Shown here piece by piece: positions 28,073 through 36,902 of a stretch of 64,000 bases of DNA (within the stretch, counting starts at the first letter, position 1; every line of letters starts with the position of its first letter). The stretch spans positions 326,222-390,221 of the forward strand of contig CP092821.1 in the NCBI GenBank assembly GCA_022530585.1, written 5' to 3'. The notes under the pieces are model-generated. The model did no database searches. It saw only the letters and a list, made by a program, of their open reading frames with translations, and was not told the origin of the DNA. Origin of the DNA: Candidatus Nealsonbacteria bacterium DGGOD1a (lineage in GTDB: Bacteria; Patescibacteriota; Minisyncoccia; Minisyncoccales; UBA5738). Made by a program: the position numbers and the translations under genes.

Positions 28073-28504
28073 CGGTTTTTTAAACGGATTGCCTGCCGCG
28101 CCGCCGCGTTTCGCCCGCGTTTTTTATCCTGTGGATAAGTTTGCGATTTTGGCACTTGAATTTTTTTTCATTATCGTTACACTGAAGTAATGATTTTGCT
28201 TTCGCATTTTCATCAATCCGGTTCTGCGCCCGATTTTTCAAGTCCTCGCTGTCGCAATTTGTTCTTGACGCGTTTTTAAATTTTCTTTTCCGGCGGACGG
28301 AATATATTTAGTGGCGTTTAAGATATTCGCCGCTCGATTTTAGGGTTTGGTTCCGCGCATTGGTTATGTTTATATTTTTGACGGCAAGGATTATTTTTGA
28401 TTCGCGCGATAAACGCGTTTTTTCATATATTCGCGCGGCAAATCAATCGATTCCGGCCAAGTCGGGCCGATATCGCGGTAACCGCTTACCGGGAAGTAAA
28501 AATA

Positions 28505-28633
28505 GCGAATTTGGAGGTCAATCCTCGGCTTGTGAGATGTTTGACCTTCAAATTCGCGCCAGCCCTTACCGCAAATTCGTTGAGGATTGACCTCAAAATA
28601 CAAATTCTTGAGGTCAAACCTCAACAAATTTGC
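28505..28633. repeat. Two adjacent family B palindromic modules
   Basis: GCGAATTTGGAGGTCAA..TTGACCTTCAAATTCGC (28505-28557) and CGCAAATTCGTTGAGGATTGACCTC..GAGGTCAAACCTCAACAAATTTGC (28570-28633). Confidence 0.85.
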
Positions 28634-28726
28634 TCCCCGGTGAGGGGTTACATATCGCGGGATTGGCAATGGGAAACGGTTGTTTTATAATAAAAACAAG
28701 CGATTGGCTTAAAATTTATCGGTGAA

Positions 28727-30253
28727 ATGAATAAAAAAATAATTTTTGCGGCAATTGTCGTTTGCGCGTCGCTTTTTTCCGCCGCCGCGGCGCAGGCGGC
28801 ATTGGTAACTTGCACCGGCCACAATAACGAATGCACGATATGCGATTTTTTCGCGATGATCGCCAATACCATAGGTTATGTTTTGAAAGCGGTGGTTCCC
28901 GCGGCTATTTTGATATCGCTGGTTATCGCCGGGTTGATTTTGATGGTAAAAAAAGACGATCCTGAAATTCTGGAAAAAATAAAAAATACTTTCAAGGCGG
29001 TGGCGATCGGCGCGTTTGTGGCTTATAGCGGTTGGCTGATTGTCACGCTGGCTTTAACCGTGACAGGATCTTTTAACAAGGACAGCTGGTGGAAATTTCA
29101 GCTTAGTTGCCAGTCCTGCGGCGATGGGATCGTTCAATCGTCCGAAGAATGCGAGCCGGCTGAAAATATCGACGAATGCGTGGCGCGGGGCGGAGGCGAT
29201 GAAACGGAATGTGAAAATTTGATCGCGTCTTGCGACGATAATTGCAAAATAGGGATAACTCCGCCGGTGGTGGAGACGCCTCTCTCCGTTAATTGCACCA
29301 ACAGTATTGATTCTTGCGGGCTAAACACGGTTTTGGTAATGGACAGCTCTCTTAGCATCAGCAATAGTTCCCTTGTTTTAATGAAGAACGCTTTTAAAAA
29401 TTTTACCAACACGCTGTCGGGTACGCCCAGCCAATTTTCGGTGATTGATTTTGACACGAACGCAACCTTGCTGAACGGTTTTACATCCGATATCAACGCC
29501 ATCAATGCGGCGATTGGTACGCCGCGCAGCGACGGGGTCACAAACTGGGAAGCGGCTTTGGTGGCCGCGAAAGACGCATTTGCATCTTCAAATTCGAATC
29601 GCAAAAATCTTATAATTTTTGCGTCGGACGGCAATCCCACCCGTTGTATCGGAACGCTTGCGGCCAACAACAGAAGAATGGCTCGAGATTGTAATAAAAA
29701 TGAGGCATTGGCGGCGGCTCTGACGCAGGCGGCGACGATTAAAAGTTCCGGTATTCGGATTATAGGGATTGGGTTGGGCAACAGCCTGAAAGCCAACAAT
29801 ATGATTGCGGTTTCAAGTCCCGAATCTTATTACAGCGTAAGCGATTACGGCCAGCTCGCGGCGACATTGGAAGAGATCGCCACGGAACTTTGCGGCGGTA
29901 CGATCAGCGTTAACAAAGTTATCGACAGGGATGGAAATCTTGCGACGACCGATGATCAAATAAACAGCAACAGCCAGGAGCTGGCGGCTTGGGCTTATAC
30001 GATTGCCGGTGAAGCCAATAAGATAACCGATAGCAACGGCCGGGCCGATTCCGTATGCGTGGATACGGCGGAAGGCCCTTTCTCGATCGCCGAACAGCAA
30101 TCCGCGTCCAAGGCGGGATATCATCTGGTTAGCGGCTCTTGCACGGGCTCTTCGCAGTCAAACGGCGCGTTTTCCGCCGACAGGCAAGAAATATCCGGGA
30201 TTTATGTCGGCAATAACGATATCGTATCCTGTATTTTTTATAGCGCGCCGTAA
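28727..30253 (+). CDS. Pilin-like (TrbC/VirB2-type N-terminus) - Cys-rich repeat - von Willebrand factor A fusion protein
   Basis: Signal peptide, LVTCTGHNNECTICDF plus two TM helices, CGDGIVQSSEECE repeat, VWA MIDAS VLVMDSSLSIS..SDG.. Confidence 0.75.
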   Translation: MNKKIIFAAIVVCASLFSAAAAQAALVTCTGHNNECTICDFFAMIANTIGYVLKAVVPAAILISLVIAGLILMVKKDDPEILEKIKNTFKAVAIGAFVAYSGWLIVTLALTVTGSFNKDSWWKFQLSCQSCGDGIVQSSEECEPAENIDECVARGGGDETECENLIASCDDNCKIGITPPVVETPLSVNCTNSIDSCGLNTVLVMDSSLSISNSSLVLMKNAFKNFTNTLSGTPSQFSVIDFDTNATLLNGFTSDINAINAAIGTPRSDGVTNWEAALVAAKDAFASSNSNRKNLIIFASDGNPTRCIGTLAANNRRMARDCNKNEALAAALTQAATIKSSGIRIIGIGLGNSLKANNMIAVSSPESYYSVSDYGQLAATLEEIATELCGGTISVNKVIDRDGNLATTDDQINSNSQELAAWAYTIAGEANKITDSNGRADSVCVDTAEGPFSIAEQQSASKAGYHLVSGSCTGSSQSNGAFSADRQEISGIYVGNNDIVSCIFYSAP

Positions 30254-30309
30254 GGTTATGATAAATTTGCCTCACGAATATTTTTTTGTTGCAATAATAT
30301 AATATATGT

Positions 30310-31089
30310 ATGGAACAAAATTGGGAAATTGACGGCGAACAAAACGAAGAATATGAAATTGGCGATGAAAGTTCGGCCAAGTCCGGGCCGCTGAAGGCGA
30401 TAATTATTGCCGCGGCGGTTCTGCTTGTCGCCGCGCCAATGGTTTGGTTTTTGGCGTTTCACCAAGAAAAGGGCGTTAGCGACCGCGTCCAAAAAGATGT
30501 TGATGTGGACAAACAGTCGGATCAAGCGGCGGCCGGTGAAATAAGCGGCAATATTTATGATTACGCCGCGCCCTCGGCCGATGATTGCGGTTGGTTTAAA
30601 ACAAGCCAGGGAGTGCGGAAATGTTTGGATGAGGCCGCCGCCGCCGCGGCCGTTAAAAATAATAATCCGGCGGGTTGTTCCGAAGTGGAAAACGATCTTT
30701 TGAGAGACAACTGTGTGTTGATGGTCGCGAAAGCCGTCGGAAATCCGGATTTTTGCGGCCAGATAAGCAATACGGCGTTGGAAAATCTTTGCGTATCCGC
30801 CATTGCTCTTGCCAAGAAGGACGCCGGGATTTGCGCGCTTATCGGCGATAGCGATATGTCGGTTTGCCAAGCTGGCGTGGAGGCGTTTTTAATCGCCAAC
30901 GATGGCGATAAAAAAAGTTTATACAAGTGTCGTGAATTAAAGTTTGACGGACCCGTCGCCGACTGTTTGTTGGATTCCTATATCAATAAATTCAACGGCG
31001 ATTGTTCTCTCTTGCCCGGAGATTATCGCCAAGATTGCATCGATAAATTTTCCGGGGAAGACCAAACGGAGGATGAGAATTTAGAATAA
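30310..31089 (+). CDS. Membrane-anchored acidic Cys-rich repeat protein
   Basis: One TM helix, then about 7 repeats of the C-x(6-12)-C pattern (..RDNCVLMVAKAVGNPDFC..). Confidence 0.55.
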   Translation: MEQNWEIDGEQNEEYEIGDESSAKSGPLKAIIIAAAVLLVAAPMVWFLAFHQEKGVSDRVQKDVDVDKQSDQAAAGEISGNIYDYAAPSADDCGWFKTSQGVRKCLDEAAAAAAVKNNNPAGCSEVENDLLRDNCVLMVAKAVGNPDFCGQISNTALENLCVSAIALAKKDAGICALIGDSDMSVCQAGVEAFLIANDGDKKSLYKCRELKFDGPVADCLLDSYINKFNGDCSLLPGDYRQDCIDKFSGEDQTEDENLE

Positions 31090-31112
31090 AAAATCGAATA
31101 ACAGCGAAAATT

Positions 31113-32351
31113 ATGGAAAAAATAAATATATTGGTCGGAGAGCACAACAAGTGGAGAGGCGAATGTTTGAATTTGATCGCGTCGGAAAACGCGATGTCGC
31201 CGGTTTGCGAAAAACTTTATACCAGCGATTTGATGCATCGATACGCCGAGGGTGTGCCCTACAAACGCTATTACCGCGGATTGCAATATGTGGATCAGAT
31301 CGAGGATTTGACCCAGCAAGAAATGAAAAAGCATTTTGGCGCGAATTTTTGCGATATCCGGCCGCTTTCGGGAACCATTGCCAACTACGCGGCGTTCGCG
31401 GCCATTTCCCAAAGGGGAGATAAAATTTTATCTTTGGGGATCGAACACGGATCGCATGTTTCCCACGAAAAAGCGGGCGCGGCGGGCACTCTTGGTTTGG
31501 AAGTTGACTCGCTGATATATAATGACGATTGCACGATGAACGCGGAAAAATCATGCGCCAAGATATTGGAAACCAAACCGAAATTCATCGTCATCGGCGG
31601 GTCGGTAATCCTGTTCCCCCAGCCGATTAAAGAATTGCGCAAAGCGTGCGATGAGGCGGGGGCGAAAATTATTTACGACGCGGCGCATGTTTTGGGCTTG
31701 ATCGCGGCCGGGATTTTCCAGGACCCTTTGCGCGAAGGCGCGGATATCGTCACCACCTCGACCCACAAAACTTTTCCCGGCCCGCAAGGAGGAATGATTC
31801 TGGGGAATATCGACGAGGCAACGCAGAAAAAGATTCAGGCGGCGGTGTTTCCGCAATTCTCTTCCAACCATCACTTGCATAGAATGCCGGCGCTGTACGG
31901 CGCGTTGCGCGAAATGCAAACATTCGGCAAGGATTACGCGGCGCAGATTGTCGGCAACGCGCAGGCGCTGGCGCGAGAGTTGTATAACCTCGGGTTTAAT
32001 GTATTGGCCAAAGAGCTGGGATTTACCAAATCGCATCAGGTGCTTGTCGATTGCGGCGAGATCGGTTTTGGCGGGTTGGTGGCCGACACTCTTGAAAAGG
32101 CGAATATCATTTTGAATAAAAACATTATTCCGGGCGACGGCATCAGTCCCAAGAATCCGCGCGGCATTCGCATTGGCACGCAGGAAATGACGCGCTTCGG
32201 GATGAAAGAAGATGAAATGAAGCAGATCGCCAAATTCATCAAGCGCGCGGTTTTGGACAAAGAATCGCCCGAAACCGTGGCCAAAGAAGTCGCCGCGTTT
32301 CGCAGAAATTACCAAACCGCGCGATATTGTTTCGGAAAACAGGCTTCGTAG
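31113..32351 (+). CDS. glyA: Serine hydroxymethyltransferase
   Basis: 412 aa. LIASENAMSP, PLP-lysine motif TTSTHKTFPGPQGG. Confidence 0.9.
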   Translation: MEKINILVGEHNKWRGECLNLIASENAMSPVCEKLYTSDLMHRYAEGVPYKRYYRGLQYVDQIEDLTQQEMKKHFGANFCDIRPLSGTIANYAAFAAISQRGDKILSLGIEHGSHVSHEKAGAAGTLGLEVDSLIYNDDCTMNAEKSCAKILETKPKFIVIGGSVILFPQPIKELRKACDEAGAKIIYDAAHVLGLIAAGIFQDPLREGADIVTTSTHKTFPGPQGGMILGNIDEATQKKIQAAVFPQFSSNHHLHRMPALYGALREMQTFGKDYAAQIVGNAQALARELYNLGFNVLAKELGFTKSHQVLVDCGEIGFGGLVADTLEKANIILNKNIIPGDGISPKNPRGIRIGTQEMTRFGMKEDEMKQIAKFIKRAVLDKESPETVAKEVAAFRRNYQTARYCFGKQAS

Positions 32352-32491
32352 CCCAAGCTTGGCCTGTGGATATCCGATTTGATTAAAATCAAGATAAGTG
32401 CTATTATGTTTTTGAAAGCGTAGGTGTTCTCTATGGTTAGAATTCAACTTCAGCCGGCGAGTGGTCGCCCTACCAAAAAAATTTTATATCA

Positions 32492-32800
32492 ATGAACAAG
32501 AAATTATACATTGGTGGGTTGCCTTACAGCACCACCCAGGATAGCTTGAGAGAAGGTTTCTCGGTTGCCGGCAATGTTGAATCGGCGATTGTTATCACCG
32601 ATAAAATGTCCGGTCGCTCGAAAGGTTTTGGATTCGTGGAATTTTCCACCGAAGAAGAAGCCGAGAAGGCCATCGAGATGTTCAACGGCAAGGATTTCGA
32701 AGGCCGCAGAATTACGGTCAGCGAAGCTCGGCCGATGGAGCCTCGCGCGCCTCGCCGCAGTTTTGACCGCGACAATGGCGGTGATTACGGCGATCGCTAG
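32492..32800 (+). CDS. RRM-type RNA-binding protein
   Basis: RNP-2 LYIGGL and RNP-1 KGFGFVEF; Arg/Gly/Asp-rich tail. Confidence 0.85.
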   Translation: MNKKLYIGGLPYSTTQDSLREGFSVAGNVESAIVITDKMSGRSKGFGFVEFSTEEEAEKAIEMFNGKDFEGRRITVSEARPMEPRAPRRSFDRDNGGDYGDR

Positions 32801-32818
32801 TCTTTAAAAGCGATTTTA

Positions 32819-32860
32819 GAAAACAGCCCTTTCCTTGACCGGAAGGCTGTTTTCGTTTAA
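32819..32860 (+). terminator. Intrinsic terminator after RRM gene
   Basis: GAAAACAGCC-loop-GGCTGTTTTCGTTT. Confidence 0.75.
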
Positions 32861-32965
32861 CGGCGTTTTTGTTTCGTGGAAAATGTCTTGCGGCGCGCGA
32901 TGATTTGTCTTTTTTTTGATCGTGGATTACAATGAATCCGGAAATGCGATTTTTACATTTTTAAT

Positions 32966-33679
32966 ATGAATAAAAATAATCTGATCGTTTTCGGGGCCGC
33001 GATCGTTGTGATCGCGGCGGGCGCTTGGTTTATGGGTTTTGGCAAGAGCCAGCCCAAAACACTGCTGGAAGAAGCCGCTCTTCGGAAAGGAGATGGCAAC
33101 GCCGGGATCGCGCAATCGCAAAAACCGGCGGAAAATAACAATGCGCCGGCCGATCACGCCATGAGCAGCGCCGTGCCGCAAGTTGATCTTGAATATAATA
33201 AAATTATGAACGCAACCATTAAAACAAATTTGGGAGAGATCAAAGTTGAATTGAGCGGCGACAAAACGCCGGTTACCGCGGGAAATTTTGCCAAACTGGC
33301 CGAGGCCGGATTTTACAACGGCGTTAAATTTCATCGGGTGATCAAAGGGTTTATGATTCAGGGCGGCGATCCGCTGACCAAAGATGATTCAATGAAAGCG
33401 CGCTGGGGCACGGGCGGCCCGGGCTATCAGTTTGCCGATGAACCTTTTTCCGGCGAGTATGATCGGGGAGTTTTGGCTATGGCCAACAGCGGCCCGAACA
33501 CCAATGGCAGCCAGTTTTTCATTATGCACCAAGATTATCCCTTGCCGCCCAGCTATGTGATTTTCGGCAAAGTGACTTCAGGCATCGAAGTGGTGGACAA
33601 AATCGCCGAATTGCCGACCGGCGCCAACGACCAGCCGTTGACCCCGCCAGTGATTGAAAGCGTAACCGTGGAAAAGTAA
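32966..33679 (+). CDS. Cyclophilin-type peptidyl-prolyl isomerase with N-terminal TM anchor
   Basis: FHRVIKGFMIQGGDP, LAMANSGPNTNGSQFFI. Confidence 0.9.
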   Translation: MNKNNLIVFGAAIVVIAAGAWFMGFGKSQPKTLLEEAALRKGDGNAGIAQSQKPAENNNAPADHAMSSAVPQVDLEYNKIMNATIKTNLGEIKVELSGDKTPVTAGNFAKLAEAGFYNGVKFHRVIKGFMIQGGDPLTKDDSMKARWGTGGPGYQFADEPFSGEYDRGVLAMANSGPNTNGSQFFIMHQDYPLPPSYVIFGKVTSGIEVVDKIAELPTGANDQPLTPPVIESVTVEK

Positions 33680-33688
33680 TAACAGATT

Positions 33689-33765
33689 TGTAGGGGCGGG
33701 CCTTGTGTCCGCCCTTTGCGTTACAATTAAATTTAATTCGGGCGAACACAAGGCCCGCCCCTACA
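33689..33765. repeat. 20-bp perfect-arm hairpin
   Basis: TGTAGGGGCGGGCCTTGTGT (33689-33708) pairs with ACACAAGGCCCGCCCCTACA (33746-33765). Located at the left border of the R-M insert. Confidence 0.85.
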
Positions 33766-33848
33766 ACACGAATCGGATGGCAAAAAAACATGAATCGAAT
33801 TTCTGGATTTTTTGTTAAAATTTAGCGGTATGGTAATATTGAATCAAT

Positions 33849-34715
33849 ATGGTGGTATTTACGAGAGAGAAAATTGATTTATTCAGTAAAAACAAGGTTA
33901 AAACCGATGTTATTTTGGGTGATTGCCTTGAGATTTTGAAGCGGATTGATTCCGATAGTGTTGATTTGATTGTAACTTCGCCGCCATATGCCGATCAACG
34001 AAAAAAAACTTATGGCGGAATTGCTCCCGATGATTATGTGCAATGGTTTTTGCCGATAACTAACGAATTATTGCGGGTTGTTAAACCAAGCGGTACATTT
34101 ATCCTTAATATTAAAGAAAAAGCGATTGAAGGAGAAAGGCATACCTATGTGATGGAATTGGTGATAGAAATGAAGAAACAAGGATGGTTTTGGACGGAAG
34201 AGTTTATCTGGCATAAAAAAAATTGTTTTCCCGGAAAATGGCCAAACCGATTTCGGGACGCTTGGGAAAGGCTTTTGCAATTCAATAAAAGTAAGAATTT
34301 TGCGATGTACCAAGATGAGGTAATGGTGCCAATGGGCGATTGGGCGAAAACTCGTTTAAAAAATTTAAGTGAAACTGATAAAATCCGGGACAATTCGCGT
34401 GTTGGCAGCGGGTTTGGCAAGAATGTGTCTAAATGGGTGGGGCGGGAAATGGCTTATCCAACCAATGTTTTAGTGATGGCGACTGAGACTTCAAATAAAA
34501 GCCATAGTGCGGTTTTTCCCAAAGAATTACCGGCGTGGTTTATTAAGCTTTTTACGCAACAGGGAGATTTGGTGCTCGATCCTTTTCTTGGTTCGGGAAC
34601 GACATCTCTTGCCGCCCTTGAACTGGATAGAAATTCGATTGGCATTGAAATTAAGGAAGAGTACTATAAATTGGCGATTGAAAATATCAACAACGGTATT
34701 AATCGGATTGTATGA
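33849..34715 (+). CDS. Beta-class DNA methyltransferase (N4-cytosine or N6-adenine; PF01555-like)
   Basis: Motif IV TSPPY near the N-terminus and motif I DPFLGSGTT near the C-terminus. Confidence 0.85.
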   Translation: MVVFTREKIDLFSKNKVKTDVILGDCLEILKRIDSDSVDLIVTSPPYADQRKKTYGGIAPDDYVQWFLPITNELLRVVKPSGTFILNIKEKAIEGERHTYVMELVIEMKKQGWFWTEEFIWHKKNCFPGKWPNRFRDAWERLLQFNKSKNFAMYQDEVMVPMGDWAKTRLKNLSETDKIRDNSRVGSGFGKNVSKWVGREMAYPTNVLVMATETSNKSHSAVFPKELPAWFIKLFTQQGDLVLDPFLGSGTTSLAALELDRNSIGIEIKEEYYKLAIENINNGINRIV

Positions 34716-35479
34716 AAAAACTTGATTACGAAAAATTAAATGATTTTATTGTTTCGGATGTGATTCAGCCGTTTTACGAGATCAGGCTTAAACGCTTGGG
34801 AATGGCAAATTTGGTCGATATTGCAAAGCGGAAAAATCCTTATCTGTTTAAAGCGAAAAATATTGAAACTGCCGGCGATTTTGCGAAAGGCATTCTTGAC
34901 GCTTTTTTGTCTTCTCAAGAAGAAACGATTTTTGGAGACTTGATGGAAAATTTGGCGATAAATATTTGCCGCCAAGTTTTTGACGGTAAAAAGGCCGAAG
35001 AGGGCATATATCGTAGCGTTGATTTGATGTTTGAGCGGGAAGATAAAATTTATATTGTTGGGATAAAGTCCGGTCCGAATTGGGGCAATAGTGATCAAGT
35101 AAACGCATTAAGAAAAAATTTAAAAGCGGCAAAAAAAATCATCCGAGCTCAATTTCCAAGAAAAGAGATTATAAATGTTAACGGTTGTATCTATGGGCGC
35201 GACAACCAGCCGCACAAGATAAGCAAAAAGGATTCGAATTTGAGTTATTATAAGATTTGCGGTCAATCTTTTTGGGAATTGATTTCAGGCGACAATGAAT
35301 TATATAAAAAAATAATTCGGCCTTTGGACAAGGAAGCAAAAAAGCGCGATGACAAATTTAAGGAGTTATATGTGAAGAAAATTAATGAAATGACTAAAGA
35401 TGTTGTCGATATTTTTTACGAAAACGATAATTTGGACTGGGATAAAATAATAGACTATGTTTTTAAAGCAAAGTCATAA
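34712..35479 (+). CDS. Putative type II restriction endonuclease partner
   Basis: ATGA start/stop overlap with the methyltransferase; AT-rich. From memory, it weakly resembles TdeIII/Eco47II-like enzymes (KNPYLFKAK). Not verified. Confidence 0.55.
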   Translation: MKKLDYEKLNDFIVSDVIQPFYEIRLKRLGMANLVDIAKRKNPYLFKAKNIETAGDFAKGILDAFLSSQEETIFGDLMENLAINICRQVFDGKKAEEGIYRSVDLMFEREDKIYIVGIKSGPNWGNSDQVNALRKNLKAAKKIIRAQFPRKEIINVNGCIYGRDNQPHKISKKDSNLSYYKICGQSFWELISGDNELYKKIIRPLDKEAKKRDDKFKELYVKKINEMTKDVVDIFYENDNLDWDKIIDYVFKAKS

Positions 35480-35526
35480 TTTCTAAAGAAAATCTTTTAA
35501 AAACACAAAATACAAGAATTATAACC

Positions 35527-35556
35527 TTGCATTTTTTGTTAAATAATCTATAAAAT
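35527..35556 (+). promoter_or_regulatory. Sigma70-type promoter
   Basis: TTGCAT, 16-nt spacer, TATAAA(AT). Confidence 0.45.
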
Positions 35557-35593
35557 GTTTTAGTATCAGCAACCGCCTTATAAGGGGGTGATT

Positions 35594-35707
35594 GTGATTA
35601 AAAATTATAAGAAACAGTTCTGCGCCGATTGTTCGGCACCCCGTAGCGGAAGTGAGGAAAAATGCCATCGGTGCGGCTGTAGGAAATGGAAGAAGAAACA
35701 AAGGTGA
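35594..35707 (+). CDS. Possible 37-aa zinc-ribbon micro-protein
   Basis: AAGGGGGTGA Shine-Dalgarno, GTG start. MIKNYKKQFCADCSAPRSGSEEKCHRCGCRKWKKKQR (CxxC..CxxC, basic tail). Confidence 0.4.
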   Translation: MIKNYKKQFCADCSAPRSGSEEKCHRCGCRKWKKKQR

Positions 35708-35745
35708 CTTTTTTTATTTTTTTAATTAGGGGGTAATATATAAAA

Positions 35746-36819
35746 ATGAAATATGGTAAAAAAATTCGGGTGGTCTGCGCCATGTCGGGCGGGGTGGATA
35801 GCGCGGTGAGCGCGGCGATTTTGGTTAGAGAGGGGTTTGAGGTGATCGGGGCGTTTATGAAGTTTTGGGCGGACAAGCCGGAAAACAACGCTTGTTTGCC
35901 GCAGAACAGATGTTGCTCTGAGGAATCCGAACAGCGGGCGCGCAAAACCGCGCTTCAATTGGATATTCCGTTTTATGTTTTGGATGTGCGTGATGAATTC
36001 AAGAAGCTGGTGGTGGACCGGTTTATCCGCGGCGTCAAAAAAGGATTGACGCCCAATCCTTGCGTGGTTTGCAATCAGGAAATCAAATTCGGATTGCTCG
36101 TTAAAAAAGCGTTGGCTATGGACGCGGAATTTGTGGCCACGGGCCATTACTGCCAAATCAAAAAAGACAAAGGCGGCGTTTTCCGTTTATTGAGGGGCGC
36201 GGATAAAAATAAAGACCAATCCTATTTTCTATGGCGGCTTGAGCAAAAACAATTAAGCCGGATTATTTTTCCGGTTGGTTGTTTTGAAAAAAACGAGGTT
36301 CGGCAGTTGGCGAAGAAATGGAAATTGCCAAGCGCGCTCACGGCCGAGTCGCAGGAGGTTTGTTTTGTGAACGGCGATATTGATAAGTTTTTGGAAAAAT
36401 ATTGCGGGAAAAAACCGGGGAATATTATCGACGGCGCCGGAAACATCATTGGACGGCATAACGGCCTGTGGTTTTACACTATCGGCCAGCGCAAAGGCAT
36501 CGGGCTTTCGGGCGGGCCGTTCTATGTGGCAAAAAAAGATTCGAGAAAGAATGAATTGTTGGTTGGGCCGTCCAAAGAGTTCGCGGTAAAAAATGTTCCG
36601 TTGGAAAGCGTGCGCTGGATTGGCGCGCAGCCCGAACTCCCGCTTGAAATCAAAACCAAAATCCGCTATCGGAGCAAAGAAGCCAAGGCGAAAGTTGTGG
36701 AAACGGCCGGCAAATACAAACTGAAATTTTTAAAGCCGCAATACGCGGTTACTCCGGGCCAATCAGCCGTGTTCTATCGCGGCCGGGAACTTTTGGGCGG
36801 CGGGATTATAAAGGCGTAA
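35746..36819 (+). CDS. mnmA: tRNA 2-thiouridine(34) synthase
   Basis: PP-loop CAMSGGVDSAV; conserved NPCVVCN and KDQSYFL motifs. Confidence 0.9.
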   Translation: MKYGKKIRVVCAMSGGVDSAVSAAILVREGFEVIGAFMKFWADKPENNACLPQNRCCSEESEQRARKTALQLDIPFYVLDVRDEFKKLVVDRFIRGVKKGLTPNPCVVCNQEIKFGLLVKKALAMDAEFVATGHYCQIKKDKGGVFRLLRGADKNKDQSYFLWRLEQKQLSRIIFPVGCFEKNEVRQLAKKWKLPSALTAESQEVCFVNGDIDKFLEKYCGKKPGNIIDGAGNIIGRHNGLWFYTIGQRKGIGLSGGPFYVAKKDSRKNELLVGPSKEFAVKNVPLESVRWIGAQPELPLEIKTKIRYRSKEAKAKVVETAGKYKLKFLKPQYAVTPGQSAVFYRGRELLGGGIIKA

Positions 36820-36902
36820 AACCAATGTTTGCCGTTTTGCGTTTTGCGCTCGCATTGTGGTATTATTGATAAACGGAGGAACAGAATTTTAGCGAAAATA
36901 CA

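Noticed and set aside
28130-28138. Perfect DnaA box TGTGGATAA (complement TTATCCACA) inside the small palindrome TTATCC-TG-TGGATAA
   Set aside because: It is a single box with no cluster of further boxes, no adjacent AT-rich unwinding element next to dnaA or dnaN, and a one-mismatch copy only at ~32365. That is insufficient to call an origin.
34712-34715. Alternative genetic code (UGA as Gly, as in some CPR lineages)
   Set aside because: TGA ends well-delimited genes at the expected length (the methyltransferase at 34713-34715, radical SAM at 44750-44752, cas1 at 51732-51734) with ATGA-type coupling. Conserved proteins show no in-frame TGA.
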